A stretch of DNA of 45,968 nucleotides from Callorhinchus milii (Eukaryota): positions 1-45,968 of the forward strand of contig NW_024705423.1 in assembly GCF_018977255.1 (NCBI RefSeq). Direction: 5' to 3'. Shown piece by piece: positions 1 through 11,566 of this stretch. The translations under genes were made by a program, and so were the position numbers. The notes under the pieces were generated by a model that saw nothing but the letters and a program-made list of their open reading frames with translations, was not told the origin of the DNA and ran no database searches. The first letter of the stretch is position 1. Each line of letters opens with the position of its first letter.

Positions 1-249
1 TTGTGGGCGAAAAGGGGCAACCAATTGCGCACAGCAGCGTCCCACACACAGCCATGTCTTGAGTGACCAAATTTTTTTAAATATTTATTTTGGAGGGATT
101 ATTACCATCATCTAATAAACGTAAATTCATAGCACACTCAGCAATGCCGTGAACATTCATCAGCTAAAGGCTGACCTTCTAATCTATAATACTTATTGAT
201 TATAATAAACTAATACCACATGTATAGATCTAGAATTTCGGGGGGTCAG

Positions 250-805
250 CTGTGTGTCTGACACACGGGGAAACCCTTCACCGTATTTAAACCAGATGAG
301 ATTTCCATGCATCCCACCTACACATGGAAATCCCAGAGATGGATTGTAGGAATGGAATGCGCGCTCTCCCTGGAGGGACATCCTGCTTACCTAATTCCAG
401 AGAGTATTAGGTGTGGGTTGGCAAGAACCAAGACTCGGGGGGGTAACTGCTGGAGTCCAACCAGCTAAAACCACATAGCTTGCCATTGAGAGAGAGCACT
501 GTCTGACAAGCTTTCCCGCTGCTTGCCCAGTTGGGACCACCCTATCCGGTAGGGCTTTGGCTGCAGGGTTAACAGGAACTGAGTGGGATGACTCACTGCC
601 ACCAGTGACTAGTCTGCCCTTCCAGGTCCTGCCAATGAGCCAGGTTGTAATAACATGAGCAGTAAGTGCCCTGGAATCCCGTGGACCCGCCTGGCTCAGA
701 AACTGGTTTACCAATGCAACAACAAAATTGCATTTGTTATTTTCCAAGGAGACCTCGCTTTGTTGAGTGCAGATGAAGTGTAAATTTAGAGGAAGGTGTA
801 TATTC
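250..805. repeat. Unclassified dispersed repeat, copy 1 (others ~7120-7685, ~19730-19930, inverted ~11945-12025)
   Basis: Collinear shared blocks visible by eye, e.g. CCCACCTA.ACAT.GAAAT.CCAGAGAT, TAGGGCTTTGGCT, CGCTTTGTTGAGTGCAG. Confidence 0.8.
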
Positions 806-1753
806 AGAGGAATGTAAAGAGGAATGCAGAAGAAGCCTGTGAGTTCCACAATCTCATTACCCTTGGCGTGAAGTAGTTCCTCCTAACTTCTCTTTAAGAT
901 CCATTCGCCACTATCTTATACTGTGTTCCTTGAATGCAGATTCCCCAACATGTAGGAACTGCTCCCTTATCTAAGCCTTTTACAATGTTAAAGACCTCTA
1001 TGAAGTCCGTCTTGAACATCTCTCGTGGAGAATAGCCCTAACCTATCCAGTCTCTCCTGATAGAGCCCTGGTATCATCCTAGTAAACCTATGTTGTGCTG
1101 TGGCTCAGCACAAGTACAGATCAGTGTGTGAAGTCTGGAAACACAAATCTAGCTGCAGCTGGACATTAAAGGGTGATGTGACTTCACTACAACATAAAGG
1201 GCTAAAAATACAGATTATAATTCCCCCCCCAAACCACAGATGTTGGCAGGTTGATTAACTCTATAACTGCATCATTAGGAACAGAACAGGAATCAGCCCA
1301 GTGTTCCTATGGTAAGTGTATAAATACTTTCTCAGTTGTTATTGCCCAAGTAAGAGGGTTAATCTTAAAAGCTGCAATGGCATTTACAAGCTGCGGGTTT
1401 GAATTAGGGATGAGCTGAGAATTATGATTTAATAATAATCCTTGCATTTGATATAGCGCCTTATTACATCTTCTAGACATCTCAAAGGGCTTCATAGTAA
1501 ATTGACTGTATAGTTTGTGGGCGAAACAAGCAAGTGTAAACTTCTGAATCTTTTACATTCACTATAATTTCCATTGTCAAATTATATCGTCTCTCACTCA
1601 GTCCTCCTTTCTCACCTCTCTCTCTCACTCTCTCTCCCCCTTTTCCCACTCCACCCAAAACCATGCACAACAATTGATCTTTGTATTTCGCCATTGGCTT
1701 ACCTACATTAATTACGTATGGAGAGTAGATTACTTCCTGCTTGATCTGCTTAC

Positions 1754-1955
1754 CTCATCCTTGCTGGTATACTCCACTATCTCTGTACACAGGTTACTGG
1801 ACTTAATGGTTCCCAAATTCTGGTGGTTGGTCTTTCTGTTGCAGGCGTCTTTGTACATCATGTACGGGGTGCCAGTCTCTGTCTGTGACTCAATAATAGC
1901 ATACCACAGCTGTTGAGCTTTCACCACTTTCCGTGCACGGCCTTCTTGTTCATAC
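1754..1955 (-). CDS. RRM1: RRM1 exon 12 ([17 protein letters not shown]...ETGTPY...[16 protein letters not shown]); gene continues left of window
   Basis: GCAG/GTAAGC, 202 nt; catalytic N427-C429-E431 (NLCTE) intact. Confidence 0.98.
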
Positions 1956-2509
1956 CTGCGAGGAGAAAGGCTGCTTTAAACACACTGAGTGCAGACAGTA
2001 TAACCAAAGACATGATCGAAGAGGAGGATCTTGGGGTATGTTTTGAAGGAGGCAAGGGAAGGAGCAAGGCAAAGAGAATGTGGGGGTAGAAAGGCTGAAG
2101 GCCCAACCGTCGATGGTGGGGCGGGGGACAGGTACCAGTTTCATATCAGTGTTTGGCAGCCTTGTCATAGGATGTAGGTTTATTTGAGTCCTGTTATAAG
2201 GCTGTGTAACTGGTCTTGTTTGATGGGCTGAATAACCTTTCCCTACTATTAGTATTATGGTGCTGTGCAATCACTCAGTTTGGTCCCATTAGTGAGGATA
2301 ACTGGCTCCAGTGTAGTTATACTATTACATGGTGTATATCTTTTGCTGCACAACTAAACCTGAATGGACTACATTATGTGTGTGTTGTCATTTTACAGCT
2401 CACCATAAAACCTCTAGCTTTAAACTGACATAAGGTAGTATTGTATAGCAGTACATAATGCTTTCATCACATTGCTCTATGCTGTTTACTCTGACCCACT
2501 CACATCTAA

Positions 2510-2765
2510 CAACAATAACTGACACTTGTATAGCGCCCTTCACGTCAGGAAAGACATCCCAAGTCGCTGGACAGTCAGTTTTTTTTGGACACGAGCTGGG
2601 AGTTGGGGTCAGGAGGGGGGTGGAGGACAGGGGAGCAGGGTTCAGAGGGGGGCCAAAGGCACAGTCAAAGCAGGGAAAGGTCTTTAGACAGAACTTGAAG
2701 GAGGCAAGACATTGAGATTGAGCAGGAGAGATTGTGGGATGCAGTTCCAAAGTGTGAGGGCACAG
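2510..2765 (-). mobile_element. L2 3'-end fragment
   Basis: Reverse complement of the L2 tail. Confidence 0.75.
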
Positions 2766-2769
2766 ATCT

Positions 2770-4778
2770 GGCCTAACGGTCCACCGACAAATCTGGCTGG
2801 ACCTGCTCAAAATCTACCGCTCCACTCCAGCCTCGGCCAAGTCGTCCTTCTACTCCAGGATAATCCTGGAGGCGAAGAACAACCCCAAACTTCTGTTTTC
2901 TACCTCATCCCGACTCCTCCGTCCCCCCCGCCACCCCGCGCAGGTCATCTCCTCCAACCTTCACTGCGAGGAGATGCTGGATTTCCTTCAATCCAAAATC
3001 AAGGGAATCCGCTCTGCTCCAACCTCTCACACTCCACCTCCTACCCATCCTCCCCTACAAACCTTCGAACCCGTTTCCCCACCCTCTGTCACCAAACTCA
3101 TCCTATCCCTAAAACCCACCACCTGCTCCCTTGACCCCATCCCCATTCCACTCCTTATCTCTCAGCTCCACCTCCTTGCCCCACTTTCACAGACATCATC
3201 AACCTGTCCCTCTCCTCTGGCTCTGTTCCCATTCCCTTAAAAACTGCCACCATCACTCCCACTTGAAAAAACCCTCCCTTGATGCGTCGCAGCTATCAAG
3301 CTACCGGCCCATCTCCAACCTCCCCTTCCTGTCCAAGGTCCTTGAAAGAGTTGTCGCCTCCCAGCTGCGCTCTTTCCTCTCCACCCATTCATTATTCGAA
3401 CCCCTTCAGTCGGGTTTCCGTGCTGCCCATAGCACAGAAACTGCCCTGGTCAAGGTCACCAATGACATCCTGACCATCTGTGACCAGGGCTCCCTCTGCC
3501 TCCTCGTCCTCCTCGACCTATCGGCAGCATTCGATACGGTCGACCACGCTATCCTCCTCCACCGCTTGTCCTCCCACCTCAACCTTCAAGGCCCTGTCCT
3601 TGAGTGGTTTAGGTCGTACCTCTCCCACCGTCTTCATTTGTTCCACAAACGGCTTTTCCTCCCCCCCGCACTGTCTCGTGCGGTGTCCCTCAGGGCTCTG
3701 TCCTCGGTCCCCTCCTCTTCACCCTCTATATGCTCCCCCTGTGGTGACATCATCCGCAGACATGGGGTTAACTTCCACATGTATGCGGATGACACCCAAC
3801 TCTACCTTTCCTCCTCTACCCTCAACTCCACGACCACCGATGTCCTGACAGCTGCCTGTCCGACATCGAGTCCTGGACGAGAGACAACTTTCTTCAGCTC
3901 AACGTGCGCAAAACTGAGGCCCTCCTGATTGGCTCACGTCAGCGCCTCCGCACCTCAGGCGCTGACAGCATCAGCATCCAAGGCTGCACTCTCCACCTCT
4001 CAAAGCCAGTCAGGAACCTCGGGTTCTGTTCGACCCTGAGCTGTCCTTTCTCCCTCATATCCGCACCACAACTGGCACCGCCTTCCATCACCTCCGGAAC
4101 ATCGCCAGACTACGGCACTACCTCACCCCTCACGCTGCTGAAACTCTGGTCCACGCCTTTATCACCTCAAGGCTGGACTATGGGAACTCTCTCCTCGCCG
4201 GCCTTCCCGGCCCTCCCTCCACACTGCAGGTCATTCAGAACTCTGCAGCTCGTGTACTGTCCCGCACCAGGCTTCGACCACATCACTCTCACCCTCGCTC
4301 CCCTCGCTCGCCTCCACTGGCTCCCCATCCCCCAGAGGATCGAATTCAAGATCCTCATCCTCACCTACAAGGCCATTCACGGCCTTGCTCCCTCCTACCT
4401 CTCCGACCTACTATCCCCTACCTACCTGCCCGTACCCTCCGTTCCTCTGGCTCCGGTCTGCTCCACATCCCCCGCCCCAACCGCCCTACCATCGGTGGCC
4501 GGGCCTTCAGCCTCTCAGCCCCGAGGCTCTGGAACTCCATCCCCCAGTGCCTTCGCCGCTTCCTCCCTTTCCTCCTTCAAGGCCGGTCTCAAGACCTTTC
4601 TCTTTGACCGTGCCTTCAGCTCCCTCTCGACTCTCTACCCCCTCCTCGCACCCTCCCTTCCCTCCCCTCACCCTGACCATTTCCCCCCTGCTCGGGTCCT
4701 GACCCAACTGTACAACGCCTTGGGACGTCCTCCCGACGTGAAAGGCGCTCTATAAATGGAATCTTTTGCTGTTGTTGC
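2770..4778 (+). mobile_element. L2-clade LINE, 5'-truncated and frameshifted (RT through 3' tail)
   Basis: YRPISNLPFLSKVLER, QSGFR..HSTETAL, LLDLSAAFDTVDH, YADDTQLY, LHWLP; stem-loop plus (TTG)n tail. Confidence 0.93.
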
Positions 4779-4852
4779 TGAATGCCCGACCACCAATGGT
4801 GGGGCGGGAAGTGAGGGGGATCTGAAGCAGGCCTTTGCTGACGTTGTCATAC

Positions 4853-4932
4853 CTCTCGTATAGTTTCTCAAACTCCTCTCCCCAGGTTTCATCAAGGCCC
4901 GGTGACTCGTGTGGACACATCAGAGACCAGTC
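4853..4932 (-). CDS. RRM1: RRM1 exon 11 ([27 protein letters not shown])
   Basis: ACAG/GTATGA, 80 nt. Confidence 0.97.
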
Positions 4933-5596
4933 CTGTAATAATGGACATAACATGTGACAAACTCCGAACAGAGATTCAACAATAATCCAGACTTATACAG
5001 CAGCTTATAGCCTGGCTGTCTGCCTGAAAACAATCATGTTTAAAGGAGGTTTGAAGGCAGAGGCACCAGGTAAAACATTGGGTGAGAATCCAGAGTCTCC
5101 CTTCATAATGTACAGAGACAGGTCTGCCTTGCTCTCCAGGTGATGCTCTATCCTCCCTCAACCCCCCCCCCCCAACCCGGCGTGGGCACTGATGTTGATG
5201 TGTCGCCTCAGGAGGGAGGATGCTGAGAGAAGGGGGTATATGTTGGGCGTTATGTTTGAGGTAGGTGGGGCAGATGAAGTTTTGACCCAGCAGCCGTAAG
5301 TTTGGTAGAGGTTTTACGAGTTGCGCAATTTTTAACATGACTGGTACAGATACATTAAATGGATTTATTAGGAAATTCAACGGGACTTGGGTAGGTGTAT
5401 AGGTGTTCTGGACTCTCCCCCACAATCCATCTGTACTGAAAACCCTGCAGTTTGCACATCTATTGTAATTACTGCTGGACCCTCCACATCCCAGATAACA
5501 GCCTCCACATCACACTAACACATATACCATCATAATGTGTGCCATCAGCGAGGTTCCCACAATCACTTCACTTTAGCCCATTCACTTAGCTCCTAC

Positions 5597-5758
5597 CTGG
5601 TTGTTCTCAACACGTTTCATAAAAAGATCAGGAATCCAGAGGGCGTAGAAGAGATCCCGTGCTCTCTGCTCCTCTTTCCCAGTGTTCTTTTTCAACTCCA
5701 AAAAATCAAAGATATCCAGATGCCACGGTTCCAGGTAGATGGCGAAAGCACCTGGTCT
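5597..5758 (-). CDS. RRM1: RRM1 exon 10 ([20 protein letters not shown]...[11 protein letters not shown])
   Basis: GCAG/GTAGGA, 162 nt. Confidence 0.98.
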
Positions 5759-5788
5759 CTGCATGAACGAGAACGTAGACAATTACAA

Positions 5789-6098
5789 ATCCTTGCATTT
5801 GATATGGCACCTTATGTCTTCAAGACATCGCAAAGTGCTTCACAGAATATACTGTAAAGTGAATTGACTGTTTATTTTGTGGGTGAAATGTAGCAGTGTC
5901 CCAAAAACAGTTGTGGATTGAGTGACCAAATTCTTTATTTTTTATTTACTTATCTATCAACTAACAACTGGGTTCCTACTTACCGCTAGGTAAACAGAAG
6001 AGTAAGGAAACTTGCCTAAGATTTCGCCCTGCCCAGGCATCCAACCCAGGTCTCCTTGATTGCAAGGCGAGTGCTCTAACCACTGAGCTACAGGACTC
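5789..6098 (-). mobile_element. tRNA-derived SINE, long older subfamily
   Basis: Carries the extra central block CTGTTTACCTAGCGGTAAGTAGGAAC. Confidence 0.85.
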
Positions 6099-6191
6099 AT
6101 AACCCTAAAGTAGCTTCACCACATCTTAAATCCATTTGTTTTGATGCTCAATCCTGTGTAATTGTAGCTTTTCTAACCAGTGCACACTGAC

Positions 6192-6275
6192 CTTGTTTCC
6201 TCCCTGATCCACATAACGGGCTGTATTGTTGTAAACTCGCAACATTGGGACAAGACCATTGGAGTTCCCATTAGT
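6192..6275 (-). CDS. RRM1: RRM1 exon 9 ([28 protein letters not shown])
   Basis: CCAG/GTCAGT, 84 nt; loop 2 (QGGNK); not in the ORF track. Confidence 0.98.
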
Positions 6276-6384
6276 CTGGAAGGGGAAGAAGTCAGGAACA
6301 ATGTTGAACTAAAGTCATTTATAATCAAACATTGAATATTACAATATTATAATCAAACATAGAACATTACAGCACAGAAAATTA

Positions 6385-6915
6385 CCCATATATCACATCT
6401 AGGCTCAACTGCGCCAATTTCCTGCTTGTCGGCCTTCCCAACTCTTCATTCAAGCTGTAGATCATCCAGAATGCTGCAGCTCGTGTTCTCTCCCGCATCA
6501 GGCTCCGCGACCCCATCACCCCCACGCTTGCCCACTCTACTGTCTCCCCATCACCCAGATGACAAGGGTTCAAAATCCTCATCCTCATCTTCAATGCCCT
6601 CCTCTTCCCAGTTCTGTGGTCTGATAAGCCCATATGATCCTCTGGCCTGCTCCACGTTTCCTGCCCACCCCACCCCACCATTACGGTCAGGCCTTCAGCT
6701 TCTCTGCCCCCACTCTTTGGAACTCTCATTCCCTTCGGCTCGCTCCCTACCTTCAAGGCACATCTCAAGATCCTCCTCTTCGACCACACCTTCAGCATTC
6801 CTCCTACCCCCTGCCCTCCACCCTCCCTGATCCCAACTCCCATAGCTTGGATACAAATCCCTGACTGGGGATGTCCTCCCGATGTGAAAGGTGCTATAAA
6901 AATGAAATTTTGTAT
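6385..6915 (+). mobile_element. L2 3' fragment
   Basis: Homologous to 4150-4770. Confidence 0.8.
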
Positions 6916-7119
6916 AGTACAAATTGTATAACTTGAGCTTACAGTTCAGTCTGAAATTCTAATACAATACTGGGAGGAGTATGGCTTTGTCGGAGGTTCC
7001 ATCCTTCAGTTAAGACACTGACAGGTTTTCCTACAGTTTCAGCATCAAACTACACAGTTGTTAAATGCTCTAAGATAATAGTCCCATGGAGGGAGCTTTA
7101 TAAACACAAGAAGATTTTT

Positions 7120-7685
7120 CTTGGCCAACCGGATGTCTGACATGTGGAAACCCATCACTATGCTTAAGACTATCCAAACCCAACAGAGTTCCATGAATCC
7201 CACCTATACATAGAAATTCCAGAGATAGAATGGGATGCAAACTCTTTCTCTGGAGGGATAAATCCTAATTAACCAATTCTGGAAAGTATTTGGTGCAGGT
7301 TGGGAAGAGCCAAGGCTTGGGGAACCCAAATTGTGCGATAGGGTATTGCTGGAGTCTAACCAACTAAAACTGCATGGCTTGCCATTGCGAGCACTGCTGC
7401 TTGTAAGCTTTCCAATTGCTTACAAGCTTTCACTGTAAGTTTTCCCATGGCTTGTCCAGCTCGGACCACTCTACCCATTAGGGCTTTGGCTCACAGAGTT
7501 AAAGGAGCTGAGTTGGAGGATTTCCTGCCCCCAGTGACTGGTCTGCCGATGAGCCACGCTGGGGTGTGCTGACATCAGCAGTGCCCTGGAATACTGCGGA
7601 TCTGGTTCAAGAACTGGTCTACAAGCTCCAAGGATACCCCGCTTTGTTGAGTGCAGTTTAAACTGTAAATTCAGAGGATGGTGTA
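7120..7685. repeat. Unclassified dispersed repeat, copy 2
   Basis: Aligns end to end with 250-805. Confidence 0.8.
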
Positions 7686-7690
7686 CTCAC

Positions 7691-7832
7691 TCCTGCGATG
7701 TAGCTTCCTGTGGCCCGGATGCAGCTGACGGCTACTCCTATCCCACCGGCAGATTTGGAAATCAGAGCACATTGTTTCAAGGTGTCGTAAATCCCTTCAA
7801 TGCTATCGTCTTTCATTGCAAGCAGAAAACAG
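7691..7832 (-). CDS. RRM1: RRM1 exon 8 ([33 protein letters not shown]...SYIAG)
   Basis: GTAG/GTGAGT, 142 nt; redox Cys218 and specificity-site residues. Confidence 0.98.
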
Positions 7833-7869
7833 CTACAACACAAAGCAATCCAGTGAGAACAAGTGTGGT

Positions 7870-8215
7870 AATAATAATCGTTGCATTTGATGTATTGTAA
7901 AGTGAATTGATATTTTGTGGGTGAAACATGGCAGCCAATTGCACACAGCAGTATCCCACAAATAGTCATGGATTGAGTAACCAAATTTTTTTTTTTTGGA
8001 GGAACGATTATCTCCCAGAAAAGCGATCCGCCAATCAACTTACAAGCAAGTTTGTATTTACTGCTAGGTAAACAACAATAACTTGCACCCAGGGTAGCAT
8101 CCTGGAGCACTTAAAACAGAGGTGTGTGGAGTAAGGAAACTTGCCAAACATTTCACCCTGCTGGGAATCAAACCCAGGTCCTCTCAGTGCGAAGCGAGCA
8201 CTGTAACCAATAACC
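7870..8215 (-). mobile_element. tRNA-derived SINE, long subfamily, degraded
   Basis: Homology to the other copies. Confidence 0.75.
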
Positions 8216-8269
8216 ACATAACACAGCAATATCCCAGAAACACGAAGCGAGTGACTAATTTTGTCTTGG

Positions 8270-8580
8270 GAATTGTTGGCCAGGAAACCAGGAGAGAGAA
8301 ATTCCCTTTTCATTCAAACAGTGTTGCAGGATGTTTGATGTCCACCTGAACAGGTAGACAAGGCCTTAGTTTAACATCTCATCCAAAGGACAACACCTCC
8401 AATAATGCAGCTTTCACTGTAAGTTTTCCCATGGCTTGTCCAGCTAGGACCACTCTACCCATCAGGGCTTTGGCTTGCCCAGCACTGCATTGGAGAGTCA
8501 GCCATTCAGTCAGTATTGGGCTTAAACCCATAACATTCCAATTAGGAGTGAGAGCTACCAACGGAGTCAGGCTAACACAC
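8270..8580 (-). mobile_element. Old Deu-domain SINE (SacSINE1-like) relic
   Basis: Minus strand reads GGAGGTGTTGTCCTTTGGATGAGATGTTAAACTAAGGCC...CAGGTGGAC, resembling the Deu core as I recall it; weaker plus-strand relic at ~6930-7130. Confidence 0.65.
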
Positions 8581-8677
8581 AGAATTACCTCACATCTTTA
8601 GACATTACAACACTGAAGGCGATGAAACCAAGAATGAACTAAACACATTTTGTATTAACTGAAAGTATTCAATATAA

Positions 8678-9045
8678 TACTTGCATTGATATAGCACCTT
8701 ATCACGTCTTCGAGACATCTCAAAACGCTTCACAGAATAAACAGTAAAGTGAATTGACTGTATATTTTGATAGGCGAAATGCGGCAGCCAATTGAGCACA
8801 GCAGTGTCCCACAAATAGTCATGGATTAAGTCACCATAACAATTCTTATTATCATTATCTTTTGAAGGGATCATTATCCCCAGTAAAGCGATTTGCCAAT
8901 CGACTAACAACCAGATTCCTACTTATTGCGAGGTAAACAGAGGCGAGTGGAGTAAGGAAACTTGCCCAACATTTCACCCTGCCCGGGAATCAAACCCAGG
9001 TCTATCGCTTGTGAGGCAAGTGCTCTAACCACTGAGCTACAGGAG
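8678..9045 (-). mobile_element. tRNA-derived SINE, long subfamily
   Basis: Full length, head to tail. Confidence 0.88.
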
Positions 9046-9147
9046 ATGTATTGAGGAATCTTGTGGGAAATTGATCGTGTGGGATAGACCAGCTGATCAG
9101 CTTCTACCGTGAACCTGCGATCCAAGCTCTTGGGTAAATGCCCGTAC

Positions 9148-9310
9148 CTAGAGAGCTGTGGTCTGTTAGTGCCAGCGTTGAACAGTGTGGGTGAGGCGTG
9201 AATAAACCACTTCTCAGACAGGAGGTTGTAGGTTTCAATAACAGCATCAATGTCACTCTCATGAATTCCAACAGACACTCTCATCAGCATGTGTTGAGGA
9301 CGTTCAGCCA
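9148..9310 (-). CDS. RRM1: RRM1 exon 7 ([12 protein letters not shown]...[17 protein letters not shown])
   Basis: TTTCAG/GTACGG, 163 nt, SPTLFNAG motif. Confidence 0.98.
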
Positions 9311-9469
9311 CTGAAAGACATTTTAGGATCTCTTTTAAAAAAAGGAATCAAAGGAACAGCTGGAAGGAAAAGGATGTTCATTTCAAAATACTCCTATGGA
9401 ATACAGTTTCAGTGTAAATATGGAAGTATATTGTAAATTTTGCTACTCTTCTACCTTGTCCTCCCTCCT

Positions 9470-10375
9470 ATCTCTCACTGTCTCTGGCACCTAAGCTAAG
9501 ATTGTCATCGCCCCCACTAACCGCCTCATCCCCGCCCTGTCTCCCGTAGCACACGGGCTGACACTGCTCCGCTGATCGCTCCTGGTCTCTGCGTGGGCAC
9601 TTTGGCTGCCAGCCAGACCCGCTCCCACTAAAAAAAAAATTCCTGCTCCTACCCACACACTCCGCTACTCCCATTCTGTCCTCTTCTCCCACCACCCTCC
9701 TCGCCTTCTTTCTCCTGGACCCCACCATTATGTCCCTCTGCTTCAGCCTGCGCATCCTCCACCACACCCATCGTGGCTCCCGGCATTGGTTGTCCCAGAG
9801 CAGCCGCCCCAACTGTCCTAGTTTACCACCGCCCCACCCCCAAAACTCCTGACTCCTTCCCTCACTGATATCTCCTCTCATCTCTGTCCCTCTGAACTGA
9901 ACACCTCTCACAATAGGTGACTTTAACCTCCACCTAAACTCCCCTTGCACCACCTCCGCGGATTTCAATGCTCTCCTCTCCTCCCTAAACCTCACCCTCC
10001 ACATCAATTCGCCGACCCACAAACGAGGCCACTCCCTCGATCTCATCATTACACATGGTCTTGACATTTCTGACCTGTCCATTAACCACAAGGCCATCTC
10101 AGACCACTTCCTCATCTCCCTTTCCTCTCACAACCCCCTCCCCTCTTCCAAGCCCTCCACCATCTTTTTCCTCCCCTGGCAAAAGCTTCCCCGAGTCCCT
10201 CACAAATGCCCTCTCTTCCTCGGACCCCATGTCTACAGATGATGTCACCAAAAGGGAGCATGTAAATGTTGGAAAGGAGGGGACCAAGAGCAGAGCCCTG
10301 AGGGAAGCTACACTTGACGCTGTGAGGACTGGAGGGGAAGCTGTTAGTGGAGACAAAATAGAGACGGTGAGAGAG
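9470..10375 (+). mobile_element. L2 5'/endonuclease fragment joined to an inverted RT fragment (~10225-10375)
   Basis: IGDFN and TH..GHSLDL motifs on +; PQGSALGPLL on -. Confidence 0.75.
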
Positions 10376-10377
10376 GT

Positions 10378-10674
10378 AATAATAAAAAATAATAATCCTT
10401 GCATTTGATATAACGCTTTTCTTCAAGACGTCTCAAAGCGCTTCACAGAATATGCTGTAAAGTGAATTGACTGTATATTTGTGGGCAAATGTGCAGCAAA
10501 TTGCGCACAGCAACGTCCCACAAACAGTCGTGGATTGAAAATGACCAATTTATTATTGCTGTTTTTCTCTTGAGGGATTATTATCAGGCGTGTGGAGTAA
10601 GGAAACTTACCCAAGGTTTCACCCTGCTGGGAATCGAACCCAGGTCTCTTGCTTGAGCAGGGGAGTGCTCTAAC
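10378..10674 (-). mobile_element. tRNA-derived SINE
   Basis: Homology to the other copies. Confidence 0.85.
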
Positions 10675-10901
10675 TCCAGAGAGGAATGAATGAGGGAGCG
10701 AGTGAGGGAGTGAGTGAGAGAGTGAGGGGTTCATAGAGAGAATGGCGGAAAGGGAAAGAGCGAAGCGAAGGCCCTGGAATGAACAAGTCGTTCCAGGGCC
10801 TTGAAGAGGAACGGGAGTTTGGGGATGGGTCGATAGCTGGACAGTAGTGATGGGTCCAGGGACGTGAAAGGCATTATACAAATGTAATCTTGTTGTTGTT
10901 G

Positions 10902-11225
10902 ATAATAATAATACTTCTTGCATTTGATATAGCGCTTTTCACGTCGGGAGGACGTCCCAAAGCGCTTCACAGAACAGACTGTAAAGTGAATTGACTGTAT
11001 ATTTGTGGGCGAACGCGGCAGCCAATTGCGCACAGCAATGTCCCACAAACAGTCGTAGATTGAAAATGACCAATTTGTTATTGTTTTGGGTTTTGGAGGA
11101 TTATTATTAGGCTCTGTGTGGAGTAAGGAAACTTGCCCGAGGTTTGGCCCTGACCCCCCGGGGATTGAACTCAGGTCTCTCACTTGCAAAGCGAGTGCTC
11201 TAACCACTGAGCTACAGGACTCCAC
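10902..11225 (-). mobile_element. tRNA-Ala-derived SINE, short young subfamily
   Basis: A box TAGCTCAGTGG, B box GTTCAATCC, TGC anticodon-like loop, L2-like tail + (ATT)n. Confidence 0.93.
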
Positions 11226-11566
11226 ATGATGTTGGTTAAGAGGGGCCAGGAGGTGGAGGTGTGAGGTAAGGAGAGGATGATGTGCAAGCTCCTCATCAAC
11301 TTGTCCTTTTGTACTCCATGCCCCCAGTTGCAAAACCTCTAAGAACATTACTAATTGTATAGCCTTATCCTGTCCACGGTGTCCATTTGTCTACACCAAT
11401 GGCTTCTTCTTACAACACCCGCTGGCTGGATGTTCGAGCCAAATGGGGCATTTGACAAAGATCCAGGGAAGGGTTTTAGAGGGAAAGACTGAGGTTTGAG
11501 TGAATGGCATTTTGGAGGAGCAAAGACCAGCAGATGACATAGGCCAAACTGCTTCCTGGTATCAGT

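Noticed and set aside
1..1753. RRM1 exon 13 (VAVCNLAS...)
   Set aside because: Not found by eye; the region holds SINE, CR1 and unclassified repeat pieces, so the exon should lie beyond the left edge
2770..4778. Active RT gene or retron-like system
   Set aside because: L2 ORF2 is 5'-truncated and broken across several frames; all copies in the window are defective
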